Part shown: positions 45,432 through 56,689 of the stretch, piece after piece
Layout: the number at the start of each line of letters is the position of its first letter
Position numbering within the stretch: position 1 is the first letter of the stretch
DNA from: Bacteroidota bacterium
Lineage (GTDB): Bacteria; Bacteroidota; Bacteroidia; Cytophagales; UBA9547
Direction: 5' to 3'
NCBI GenBank assembly: GCA_033763735.1
Contig: JANRJY010000025.1
Coordinates: forward strand, 9,917-73,916
DNA length: 64,000 nucleotides
Program-made: the position numbers and the translations under genes
Notes under the pieces: generated by a model
Told to the model about the DNA's origin: nothing
The model's input: the letters and a program-made list of their open reading frames with translations, nothing else
The model's database searches: none

Positions 45432-46259
45432 ATGGCTGCATTGACGGTAATTATGACTTTTTTTAATGAATCTCCTGATTTATTGAAACGCTCGGTATAT
45501 TCGATTTTAAACCAAACTTTCAATGATTTCGAGTTTATTATTATAGCTGGAAACCCTGAAAATTCTGCAGGCATTAATTTTATACTTAATGCTCAAAAAA
45601 CAGACTCAAGAATTATCTTTAAAGTATATGAAACTAAACTATTGATGACAGTATGTCTAAATATTGCAATAAAAATGGCTAAAACTCCTTTAATAGCCAT
45701 TCAAGAAGCAGATGATGAGTCTTTGCCTCTAAGATTTGAAAAGCAAATTGAAGTTTTTAATACCAATTCAAATATTGACGTAGTAGGAACCGCTATTAGA
45801 TATGTAGACAATTTTACAGGAAAAGAAATAGTAACCAGATATTACCCCCAATATAGTTTTAAAGAATTTAACAGATTTGCAGCTATTGCACACCCAACAG
45901 TAATGGCAAAAAAATATTTATATGAAAAATACGGATTTTATAGCGAAGAAGAGAAACATAGGAACAGCCCTGATTTTGAATTATGGGTAAGGTGGAAGCA
46001 ACAAGGTGTGATTTTTTATAATATTCAGGAAGTGCTATTTCTATATTACCAAAGTCAAGATAATGGAAGAAATAAGAATGTAAAAAAAACACTTAAATCT
46101 GTCATAAATATTAAGGAACACCATTTAAGTAAATTAAAATTTACATTTAATGATTATCTATTTTTGTTTGCAGAAAAAACATTATTACTTTTTCCTGCCT
46201 CGTTTATTTCAAAATTGTTTTATGTTTGGGGTCAAACTCAAAAAAAATCAAATAATTGA
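45432..46259 (+). CDS. Family 2 glycosyltransferase
   Basis: LTVIMTFFNESPDLLKRSVYSILNQTFNDFEFIII and the acidic EADDES motif. Confidence 0.7.
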   Translation: MAALTVIMTFFNESPDLLKRSVYSILNQTFNDFEFIIIAGNPENSAGINFILNAQKTDSRIIFKVYETKLLMTVCLNIAIKMAKTPLIAIQEADDESLPLRFEKQIEVFNTNSNIDVVGTAIRYVDNFTGKEIVTRYYPQYSFKEFNRFAAIAHPTVMAKKYLYEKYGFYSEEEKHRNSPDFELWVRWKQQGVIFYNIQEVLFLYYQSQDNGRNKNVKKTLKSVINIKEHHLSKLKFTFNDYLFLFAEKTLLLFPASFISKLFYVWGQTQKKSNN

Positions 46260-46262
46260 TTA

Positions 46263-47249
46263 ATGATTATTTCAAAAACACCACTTAGAATAAGCTTTTT
46301 TGGCGGAGGCACTGATTACCCCGATTATTTTAAACAATATGGGGGCGCAGTTTTATCAACTTCAATTAATAAATACGTATATATCTCAGTAAATCAAATA
46401 TCTGCAATTTCTGAATATAAATACAAAAATACATATTCAAAAGTTGAACAAGTACAAACTATAGACGAAATCATTCATCCTTCTGTTAGGGAATGTTTGC
46501 GATACATGAAAATTAATGATGGTCTTGAAGTACATACAATCAGTGATTTACCTGCAAAAACAGGGTTAGGATCTTCTTCTTCGTTCACTGTGGGACTGCT
46601 AAATGCTTTGCATGAGTATCAAAACACAAAAAGAACTGCTTTGGAACTGGCTAAGGAAGCAATATATGTAGAGCAAAAATTAATAGGTGAAAAAGTAGGT
46701 GTTCAAGATCAAAGTGCTGCTGCTGTTGGGGGGCTTAATTATTTTGAGTTTAATACAGATGAATCAATCTCCTATAAGCCGGTACCCATATCAAAAGAAA
46801 GAATTGTTGCTTTTAAAAATCATATGTTACTTTTTTATACAGGTGTGCAAAGATTTGCAGAGGATGTATTAAAAGAACAAATTGAAAAAACAAAAACAGG
46901 GGAAGTAAAGCAAGATCTTGCTTCCATTCGAAAAATGGTAGATAAAGGATATGAAATTCTCACTTCAAATAGTTCTCTTTTGGAGTTCGGAAAACTTTTG
47001 GATGAAGCCTGGAAACTTAAAAAGAACTTATCATCTTCAATTTCAAACAATTACCTGGATGAAATGTATAATACTGCAATTAATGCCGGAGCCTCTGGAG
47101 GAAAACTATTAGGAGCTGGCGGAGGTGGATTTTTTCTCTTTTTTGCAGATCCATCTAAACACATTGAAATTCGAAAAGCATTAAATCAATATCAAGAAAT
47201 CCAATTCGATTTTGATAATGATGGAAGTAAAATCATATTCGTACACTAA
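46263..47249 (+). CDS. hddA: GHMP sugar kinase, D-glycero-alpha-D-manno-heptose-7-phosphate kinase-like
   Basis: TPLRISFFGGGTDYPDY, PAKTGLGSSSSFTVGL (GHMP motif II) and GGKLLGAGGGGFFLFF (motif III). Confidence 0.7.
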   Translation: MIISKTPLRISFFGGGTDYPDYFKQYGGAVLSTSINKYVYISVNQISAISEYKYKNTYSKVEQVQTIDEIIHPSVRECLRYMKINDGLEVHTISDLPAKTGLGSSSSFTVGLLNALHEYQNTKRTALELAKEAIYVEQKLIGEKVGVQDQSAAAVGGLNYFEFNTDESISYKPVPISKERIVAFKNHMLLFYTGVQRFAEDVLKEQIEKTKTGEVKQDLASIRKMVDKGYEILTSNSSLLEFGKLLDEAWKLKKNLSSSISNNYLDEMYNTAINAGASGGKLLGAGGGGFFLFFADPSKHIEIRKALNQYQEIQFDFDNDGSKIIFVH

Positions 47250-47261
47250 ATTAACTTAAGA

Positions 47262-48182
47262 ATGAAAAAAATATTTGATTACATAGTCTCGAAAAGTTTT
47301 GATATGGTATATTTTTTTACTGATAAAATGGGTATATTTTATTATATTTCCCCTTTTTTTACGAAATTAAATGAATTAATTCATCTTTCGAATACGATTT
47401 TTGTAAGAAATCTTATAAAAAAACAATCAAAAAACAACAATATAATTGCTCCCAATGTAAATAATTCTTTGGAAAACACGGGTGGAATCAAAATTAGTGA
47501 AGAACAAATTATTGAAAAAATTAACTCAAAAGTTTTAATTGGCTCTAAACCTTCAAGGTTAGCTAATTTTGAAGGAGTGGCTTTAGATGATGCTTTGAGC
47601 TATAAGTATGAATGGAGACACTTAAGTTTTTACCCAATAACGAAAGCAATTGATGCCATTTCTAAAAAATATTTAAAAATCAATCATTTCAGTTTGTTAG
47701 AATTGGGATGTGGAGCTGGAAGTATATTTGAATTTTTAAAATACAATGATTGCAAAGAGTATTTAGGATTAGATGCTAATATTATTGCGTTAAAAAACAG
47801 CCCTTACATAAAAGGATTTGAGAGTAATTTTAAGGAGGTGAATTTAGATCAAGAAATTAATTTTCAATATAAATTTGATATTATTATTTCATTTGAGGTT
47901 CTGGAACATTTAAAAAAAACCACTATACCAAACATTTTAAAAACAATAAAAAATCACATGCATGATAATTCAATATTTTTAGGTACGGCCTGTCTTAGAG
48001 AAATGGAAGTGCATTTGACAGTTGAGTCAAAAACTTGGTGGTTAAAACAATTCGAAGAAGCAGGATTAATACCACATCCTAAGGAAAAGGAAATTATTGA
48101 AATTTTACAAGATCATCACCCTTATAATTGGAATCTAGCTACATCAATATTGTTTGCAATGGTTAAAAAAAATGATAATTAA
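47262..48182 (+). CDS. SAM-dependent methyltransferase (C-terminal class I fold) with an uncharacterised N-terminal region
   Basis: LLELGCGAGSIFEFL (motif I) and FDIIISFEVLEHL. Confidence 0.6.
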   Translation: MKKIFDYIVSKSFDMVYFFTDKMGIFYYISPFFTKLNELIHLSNTIFVRNLIKKQSKNNNIIAPNVNNSLENTGGIKISEEQIIEKINSKVLIGSKPSRLANFEGVALDDALSYKYEWRHLSFYPITKAIDAISKKYLKINHFSLLELGCGAGSIFEFLKYNDCKEYLGLDANIIALKNSPYIKGFESNFKEVNLDQEINFQYKFDIIISFEVLEHLKKTTIPNILKTIKNHMHDNSIFLGTACLREMEVHLTVESKTWWLKQFEEAGLIPHPKEKEIIEILQDHHPYNWNLATSILFAMVKKNDN

Positions 48183-48555
48183 ATTTATTTCATATTTGGT
48201 ACTTTTTTCTCTTTCCGCAGCAGGTTCAACTACATTAATGGGAGACAAAGACATGTTAGCCGGAAATTTGTTATCTAAAGAAGGAATTTTAACTTTGATC
48301 ATGAATTGGAGATTTTATTTAGCAATTTTTTTAGCTATTTTGAGCAGATTCACCTTTGTTCTTATGAATAGTGAACTTTTAAAAATAGAATATACGCGAA
48401 ATAACGCGACAAATATTACTACAATTGTTTCGATTGCTTCAATAATTGTGGTCTTTTTTTCAAACTATATATTTTTGAATGAATGGCTTACATCAAAGCA
48501 ATTTGTTGGTTCAGTTATTATCTTATTTGGAGTTTGGCTAGTTTTAACAAGATAA
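48172..48555 (+). CDS. Small four-helix DMT/EamA-half membrane protein, ArnE/ArnF- or GtrA-type lipid-linked sugar flippase candidate
   Basis: About 127 aa with four hydrophobic helices and the EamA-like C-terminal helix FVGSVIILFGVWLVL. The ATG at 48172 overlaps the upstream gene by 11 nt. The track ORF uses a TTG at 48154. Confidence 0.5.
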   Translation: MIIKFISYLVLFSLSAAGSTTLMGDKDMLAGNLLSKEGILTLIMNWRFYLAIFLAILSRFTFVLMNSELLKIEYTRNNATNITTIVSIASIIVVFFSNYIFLNEWLTSKQFVGSVIILFGVWLVLTR

Positions 48556-48565
48556 ATACAAAATT

Positions 48566-49774
48566 ATGAAATGTAGAGTATGTGATTCTGAACACTTAGA
48601 GTTAGCAGTGGATTTAGGAAACCAACCTTGGTGTAACAATTTTCTTAAAAAAGAAGAAATAGGTAAGGAGCCTTATTATCCACTTAGATTAATGTATTGC
48701 CACGATTGTGCTACAACACAACTTGATTATACCGTTAAAAAGGAAATAATGTTTGGCGATCACACTTATCTATCAGGCGTTACCAAATCGTTATCTGCTC
48801 ATTTTGAGCGCATAGCAAAGGAAACCGATGAATTATTTTGTAAAGGTAAAAATGAGAAATGGGTTTTGGATATTGGCTCAAATGATGGTACTCAGCTAAA
48901 ACATTTTTTAAAATTAGGATACAATGTGGTGGGGGTCGAATCTTCTAAAACCACCGCAAAAATGGCAAATGATGCAGGCGTATATACCATTAACGAATAC
49001 TTTAATGAAGATTTAATCAATAAATATAACTTTAAAGAAAAGTTTGATTTATTCAATGCCGCTGGAGTTTTTTTTCATTTAGAAGAACTCCATTCTGTGA
49101 CTCGAGGCATTAAAAAAGGGCTTAAAAAAGAGGGGGTTTTTGTTGTTCAGTTTTTGTATATGAAGCGAATTGTAGAAAACTTAGCTTTTGATCAAATATA
49201 TCACGAACATCTACTCTATTATACTCTTAAAACTATTGAAGTCCTTTTGAATAGACATGGCTTAAGTATGTTTGATGCTTACGTTGACCCAATTCATGGA
49301 GGTTCAGTTATTGGCTATATAACACACAAAGAAGCCAATAAACCAGCATCTGATCGACTACAAATATTAAGAGAGGAAGAAGAAAAGGATAAAATCAATG
49401 AATTTTCAACCTATGTAGAGTTTGCAGAAAGAATTAAAAAAATGAAGGAAGAAAATCTAAAATATTTGACTTCAGCGAAAAAAGCAGGGAAAAGAATTTG
49501 GGGAATGGGAGCACCTGTCAAAGGCAACACAATGCTTAATTATTTTGGTGTTGGAACTCAATACATTGATTTTCTTGTTGAAAAGAATAAACTGAGAAAA
49601 GGATTATATTCACCTGGCCAACATATTCCAATAGTTATTGAGGAAGAACTAACGGAATTGCCGGATATATATTATGGTTTAGCGTGGAACTTCAAGAAGG
49701 AGATTTTGGCAAATAACCAAGATTTAATTAAAAAAGGAGTAGAATTTTACTTTCCAGTAAATCCTAAAGAATAA
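48566..49774 (+). CDS. Zinc-ribbon SAM-dependent methyltransferase of the NDP-hexose C-methyltransferase architecture (paralog of 36318..37559)
   Basis: CRVC...C..C Cys cluster, VLDIGSNDGTQL, and a C-terminal domain IWGMGAPVKGNTMLNYFG...YYGLAWNF. Confidence 0.6.
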   Translation: MKCRVCDSEHLELAVDLGNQPWCNNFLKKEEIGKEPYYPLRLMYCHDCATTQLDYTVKKEIMFGDHTYLSGVTKSLSAHFERIAKETDELFCKGKNEKWVLDIGSNDGTQLKHFLKLGYNVVGVESSKTTAKMANDAGVYTINEYFNEDLINKYNFKEKFDLFNAAGVFFHLEELHSVTRGIKKGLKKEGVFVVQFLYMKRIVENLAFDQIYHEHLLYYTLKTIEVLLNRHGLSMFDAYVDPIHGGSVIGYITHKEANKPASDRLQILREEEEKDKINEFSTYVEFAERIKKMKEENLKYLTSAKKAGKRIWGMGAPVKGNTMLNYFGVGTQYIDFLVEKNKLRKGLYSPGQHIPIVIEEELTELPDIYYGLAWNFKKEILANNQDLIKKGVEFYFPVNPKE

Positions 49775-49776
49775 AA

Positions 49777-50703
49777 ATGAATATTTTAGTAACTGGGGCA
49801 ACGGGGTTTCTTGGACAATTTCTAATTCAAAAATTAGAAGCTGAGGGCCATAATGTTGTAAAAATAAATTCAAAAAACGCAGATTTAACAACGCAAGTAT
49901 CACTGAATAATTTTAATTCAGTAAAATACGACCTAATTTATCACTTGGCTGCATGGACGCAGGCAGGTGATTTTTGTCTGTACCATCCAGGTGAACAATG
50001 GGTTATAAATCAAAAAATCAACACTAATGTTTTAGGCTGGTGGTCAGAATTTCAACCGCAGTCAAAATTTATAAGCATGGGTACAAGTTGTTCCTATGCT
50101 CCTGAAAATCAACTTATTGAAAAAAATTATTTATTAGGCGAACCAATTGATAGTTTGTATACATATGCACATACTAAAAGAATGTTACAAATAGGGCTTC
50201 AGTCTTTAAATAAACAATATGGCCTTAAATATCTAACTGTAGTGCCTTCTACTTTGTATGGTGAAAGTTATCATAATGATGGCAGACAAATGCATTTCAT
50301 ATTTGATTTAATAAGAAAAATTATCAGAGGAAAAGAATTTGGAGAAGAGGTTATATTATGGGGAGATGGATTCCAAAAAAGAGAACTTATTTATGTCAAA
50401 GATTTTGTAGAAGCCCTATATTTTTTATCAGGTATTTCAGAAAATGAAATTATCAATATAGGTGGAGGCAAAGAGTATACAATTCGTGAATTCGCAGATT
50501 CAATTTGCAATATTGTTGGATATGATCATTCTAAAATTATATATGACACATCAAAATATACAGGTGCAAAATCAAAATTTTTGTCAATTGAAAAATTAAT
50601 GAAAATTTATCCAAAATTCAGTCAAATATCACTTGAATCAGGTTTAAGAAAAACTATAGATTGGTTTTATACTTCCAAAGCGTATTTACCCCCAAGTAAT
50701 TAA
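49777..50703 (+). CDS. GDP-L-fucose-synthase-like SDR (NDP-4-keto-6-deoxy sugar 3,5-epimerase/4-reductase family)
   Basis: ILVTGATGFLG, MGTSCSYAPE (compare GSSCIYP in Fcl/GMER) and YAHTK (YxxxK). Confidence 0.6.
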   Translation: MNILVTGATGFLGQFLIQKLEAEGHNVVKINSKNADLTTQVSLNNFNSVKYDLIYHLAAWTQAGDFCLYHPGEQWVINQKINTNVLGWWSEFQPQSKFISMGTSCSYAPENQLIEKNYLLGEPIDSLYTYAHTKRMLQIGLQSLNKQYGLKYLTVVPSTLYGESYHNDGRQMHFIFDLIRKIIRGKEFGEEVILWGDGFQKRELIYVKDFVEALYFLSGISENEIINIGGGKEYTIREFADSICNIVGYDHSKIIYDTSKYTGAKSKFLSIEKLMKIYPKFSQISLESGLRKTIDWFYTSKAYLPPSN

Positions 50704-50723
50704 ACCCCAAATTTTCTTATGAG

Positions 50724-50757
50724 CTAAACGATAAAATCAATTTGTTTTATCGTTTAG
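50724..50757 (+). terminator. Strong hairpin after the 18-gene block (terminator or attenuator)
   Basis: CTAAACGATAAAA (50724-50736) pairs with TTTTATCGTTTAG (50745-50757), a 13-bp stem. It is AT-rich and has no clean T-run after it. Confidence 0.5.
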
Positions 50758-50772
50758 TATAAAATATATTTG
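50741..50772 (+). promoter_or_regulatory. Candidate Bacteroidota sigma-A promoter for gmhA
   Basis: TTTG at 50741-50744, a 20-nt spacer, then TATATTTG at 50765-50772 (TAnnTTTG), 29 nt before the gmhA ATG. Confidence 0.45.
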
Positions 50773-50801
50773 CGACCATTTTATTCGAATTACCTCGCAC
50801 C

Positions 50802-51380
50802 ATGTTAGTAAAAAATAATTTTAGTTTAGCAGCAAAAGTTTTGTCTGATTTTAGTAATGAAGAAAATTTTAAAAAAATTGAGCTTGCTGCCAGTTGGATG
50901 ATTGAATCAGTAAAAAACGGAGGAAAAGTAATAAGTTGTGGTAATGGCGGTTCCATGAGCGATGCAATGCATTTTGCTGAAGAGATGACCGGTCGTTTTC
51001 AAAAAAACCGACCTGCTATTGCAGCTGTTGCTATTTCGGACCCTGCTCATATAACTTGTGTTGCTAATGATTACGGATATGAATTTATTTTCTCCAGATT
51101 CGTAGAATCGGTAGGGACTAAAAACGATGTGTTATTAGGAATCAGCACCAGTGGTAATAGTCAAAATGTTATAAACGCAGTTGAAGCTGCTAAGAAAAAA
51201 GGAATAAAAACAGTGGTTTTGACGGGCAAAGATGGAGGAAAGTTAGCCTCATTAGCAGATCTTGAAATTCGAGTGGCACATCTTGGTTGGGCAGACAGAA
51301 TACAAGAAGTTCATATCAAAATAATTCACACGCTTATTCAATTAATAGAACAGGCTATTTATCCTGAACTTTGTAATTAA
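50802..51380 (+). CDS. gmhA: D-sedoheptulose-7-phosphate isomerase (phosphoheptose isomerase)
   Basis: SIS domain with [48 protein letters not shown] and [10 protein letters not shown]. Confidence 0.85.
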   Translation: MLVKNNFSLAAKVLSDFSNEENFKKIELAASWMIESVKNGGKVISCGNGGSMSDAMHFAEEMTGRFQKNRPAIAAVAISDPAHITCVANDYGYEFIFSRFVESVGTKNDVLLGISTSGNSQNVINAVEAAKKKGIKTVVLTGKDGGKLASLADLEIRVAHLGWADRIQEVHIKIIHTLIQLIEQAIYPELCN

Positions 51381-53490
<2,110 letters not shown>

Positions 53491-53501
53491 GTATTAAAAA
53501 A

Positions 53502-54950
53502 TCAATTATTCAAATCAATTCCTTTGTAAAACTCTAGAATTTTAATTTTAAGTGCAAGGTCGTAAGTTGCTTGTAGCAATTCTGAGTTCGCTCTATTCAA
53601 ATTATTTAAAACTACCATATAATCAATAGAATTTGCAACTCCCGCTAAATATCTTTTTTCGGAAATTCTGAATGATTCATCAGCTGCGTTTTTTTGCAAT
53701 ATAGAGGCTGACTTACGTTTTAAAGCTGCTTCTACATTGTAATAGGCTTGAATTATTCTGTTTTTCAATTGAATTTTAGCATTTTGAAAATTAAGTTCGG
53801 CATTTTTTTGACGAATTTGCGCCTGATCAATACTTGTTTTAATGTTTCTATTATTGAATATCGGAATGGTCAAATTTAACGATACAGATTGAGAAATATT
53901 ATCGTTTACCTGATTTACAAAAGGATATTCATTAAAACTTGGAATTACAGTGGGTTGGGACACCGTTTGGGTAGGGTCATTGGTAAGATACCCAATTGTT
54001 ACAGGTTGTCCAAGTGAATAACCTTTAAATTGAGTTCTTGAACTTGAGTAAATGGTATACACATTCCCTTGAAGTGTTAATCTTGGATACACTGATGCCT
54101 TTGCCACTTTTACTCCAATATTTGCACTAATTATGCGGTGATAGGGACCTAATATTGAAGGCTGCTTTTTTTCAGCAATGGTATATATTTCATCGGGGCT
54201 TCCATAGTTAATATTTGTGTCTTTAGGGATGTTAATGGGTTCAATATCAAACAATTCCAAACTATCTGCCATCATTTTTGTATTCATTAACATTATCAAA
54301 TTAAGTTTTGCCTGATTCAATTGATTATTGGCATTCACTATAGCTAATTCATCTGTACTTAATTGTGATTTAAGCGTGTATAAATTGGTTTCGGGTAATA
54401 TTCCTGACTGCACTAGTTTTTGAGTCCTTTCTAATTGGGAATTTGTTAAATTAGACTGATTTTGATTGTTTTTCAACAATTCTTTATTGAACAGAACTTG
54501 AAGATATGCATTTACTACATTCAAGATCAGATTGTTTTTATTTTCTTCATATTCATATTGTGTTGCTTTTTCAGTTGCATTTGCCTGTGCAATAGTATGT
54601 TGGATTCTAAAGCCATTGAACAAAATCAAGTTTGATGAAATACCAAAGTTATTTGATCGAATTTGTTGGTTAACAAATTGATTAGTACTTGGGTCAATTG
54701 AACGACCAAAGTTCCACCCTTGGTTGGCATTTGCATTTAAATCAGGTAATATGGCTGCATTTGCTTGTTTGCGGAGTATTTCTGATTGGTCAATTTGGAG
54801 TTTCGACTGTAGTAATTGAATGTTATTTGTTATTGCCTCGTTTACACAGGTTTGCAAACTGATTAATGTTTTTGAATTTTGCCCCATGCTCACTGAGACT
54901 ATAAAAAATAATACTATTAAAATACGCATCGGGGGTTTACTGAATTTCAT
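53502..54950 (-). CDS. tolC: TolC family outer-membrane efflux protein
   Basis: Signal peptide followed by two OEP-type repeats (e.g. CVNEAITNNIQLLQSKLQIDQSE..., YPRLTLQGNVY). No adjacent MFP or pump genes. Confidence 0.75.
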   Translation of the reverse strand: MKFSKPPMRILIVLFFIVSVSMGQNSKTLISLQTCVNEAITNNIQLLQSKLQIDQSEILRKQANAAILPDLNANANQGWNFGRSIDPSTNQFVNQQIRSNNFGISSNLILFNGFRIQHTIAQANATEKATQYEYEENKNNLILNVVNAYLQVLFNKELLKNNQNQSNLTNSQLERTQKLVQSGILPETNLYTLKSQLSTDELAIVNANNQLNQAKLNLIMLMNTKMMADSLELFDIEPINIPKDTNINYGSPDEIYTIAEKKQPSILGPYHRIISANIGVKVAKASVYPRLTLQGNVYTIYSSSRTQFKGYSLGQPVTIGYLTNDPTQTVSQPTVIPSFNEYPFVNQVNDNISQSVSLNLTIPIFNNRNIKTSIDQAQIRQKNAELNFQNAKIQLKNRIIQAYYNVEAALKRKSASILQKNAADESFRISEKRYLAGVANSIDYMVVLNNLNRANSELLQATYDLALKIKILEFYKGIDLNN

Positions 54951-54972
54951 TTACAACGTTCAAATTCAGCAA

Positions 54973-55482
54973 TTATTCTTTTGAAAGCTTAAGAATTAAT
55001 TCTTTATACTCCGAAAAATCTGTTAACAATTGTTCTTGTTTTGCCATTTCGAAATCAGCAAAATCAAAACCCGGTGCCACTACACAACTAACCAAACTAT
55101 ATCCTTCATTTCCACTCGATTGTGCTCCAAACCAACAATTTTTAGGTATCATTGCTTGAAAACATGGAAAACTTTCATTCATATCGCCTAATGTTATTTT
55201 AATCAAATCATTATTCTCCAAAATGAAGATTTCAAGTGGATCACCCATATGAAAGTACCAAAGTTCGTCCGATTTTATTCTATGAAATGCAGAAAAATCA
55301 TTCTTTTGTAAAAGGAAGTATATCGATGTATAAATATTTCTTTTATTGCCAGTATAGCCTAATGGTAATGAATCAATCGAAATATAATCTGCCGATCTGA
55401 ATATTTCTTTATAATACCCACCTTCGGGATGTGGTTGAAGCTGTAATTTATTAATTAATTGACTAGCATCCATTTTATACAT
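54973..55482 (-). CDS. Cupin superfamily protein (DUF985-like)
   Basis: LQPHPEGGYYKEIFRS, FHRIKSDELWYFHMGDPL and GYSLVSCVVAPGFDFADFE. Confidence 0.75.
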   Translation of the reverse strand: MYKMDASQLINKLQLQPHPEGGYYKEIFRSADYISIDSLPLGYTGNKRNIYTSIYFLLQKNDFSAFHRIKSDELWYFHMGDPLEIFILENNDLIKITLGDMNESFPCFQAMIPKNCWFGAQSSGNEGYSLVSCVVAPGFDFADFEMAKQEQLLTDFSEYKELILKLSKE

Positions 55483-55487
55483 CAGAA

Positions 55488-56528
55488 TTAAAGTTCTATC
55501 ACAACTTCTTCAGTGGCAGGATGTCCACAACAAGTAAGCACATATCCTTTTGCAATTTCGCCATCAGTAAGTCCATCCGGATTGTCCATTATTACCTTAC
55601 CAAAAGTACACTTACCCATGCAAGCGGTACACATGCCACTTTGGCAAGAATAGGGAAGTTTGTAACCAAGTTTTAGTCCCGTTTCTAGTATAGTATTTTT
55701 AGTTTCTACTTCAAATTGATACGTTTTACTTCCATCTTTAACCGTAACTTTACTTTTGGTAAATCCTTTTGCTTCAGCAGGAGCTCCGGTATTTTCGTTA
55801 TGGAAACTTTCTTTGTGTATAAAGTCTTTTTGAACGCCTTTGGATATTAAGTACTGTGTCAAATCATCCATCATTATTTTAGGCCCACAAATAAAGTATT
55901 CAACCGACTGATATTCAGAGTTGTTTTGTGCCAATACGTATTTTTGAACAAGTTCTGTTCTAATCCTTCCAGTTTCTTTTGTCCAATTTCCATTTGGTTT
56001 TGATATTACTGGAATGTAATTGAATCTAGAAGGATATTCGTTTGAATATTTTATTAAAGTATGATTAAAAATTATCGAATCTTCTGTTCGGTTACCATAT
56101 AATAAAGTTACAATACTTTGAGGTTCTTTCATAAGTATAGAAGTTAACATTGACATTAGTGGTGTAATGCCACTCCCGGCTCCAATCAATACTATATGTC
56201 TTTTTTTTGAAGAAGGAACACATACGAAATGTCCCATAGGTTCGATTACTTCTATTTTATCCCCTACTTTTAATTGATTGTTCAAATATTTTGATACAAA
56301 TCCATTCTCAACTTCCTTAACTGCAACAGATATTAGAGCATCTACATATGGAGAAGAACAAATTGAATACGAGCGCCTTACTTCCTTGCCATCAAGTTGG
56401 AGTACAAATGTTATAAACTGTCCTGATTCATAGGCAATTCTTTCAATAGCGTTATCAAAAGTTATTTTTATGGATTGAGGCGTTTCTCTGGCTATTTCTT
56501 TAACTGTTAAAGAATATGATTTCATCAA
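55488..56528 (-). CDS. Ferredoxin-NAD(P) reductase-type flavoprotein with C-terminal plant-type 2Fe-2S domain (PaaE/FNR-like)
   Basis: RSYSICS (FAD RxYS), GAGSGITPLMSM (NAD binding) and CQSGMCTACMGKC (2Fe-2S). Confidence 0.8.
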   Translation of the reverse strand: MMKSYSLTVKEIARETPQSIKITFDNAIERIAYESGQFITFVLQLDGKEVRRSYSICSSPYVDALISVAVKEVENGFVSKYLNNQLKVGDKIEVIEPMGHFVCVPSSKKRHIVLIGAGSGITPLMSMLTSILMKEPQSIVTLLYGNRTEDSIIFNHTLIKYSNEYPSRFNYIPVISKPNGNWTKETGRIRTELVQKYVLAQNNSEYQSVEYFICGPKIMMDDLTQYLISKGVQKDFIHKESFHNENTGAPAEAKGFTKSKVTVKDGSKTYQFEVETKNTILETGLKLGYKLPYSCQSGMCTACMGKCTFGKVIMDNPDGLTDGEIAKGYVLTCCGHPATEEVVIEL

Positions 56529-56689
56529 ATTAAATTAAGTTTCAAAAATAATGGATATTTTATGGAATAAAGTAAATAAATTAAACTTAAAATCAAGCTT
56601 AACTAAAGTTTTAGTAATACTTTCGATATTTCAACATCATGTTTTGAAATAATGTTTTTAAATATTAATGATTGTATCTTCGTGCTTCA

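Noticed and set aside
56620-56650. Small inverted repeat ATTTCAA...TTGAAAT upstream of 56690, considered as an operator
   Set aside because: It is a 7-bp AT-only stem in an AT-rich intergenic region and is indistinguishable from chance.
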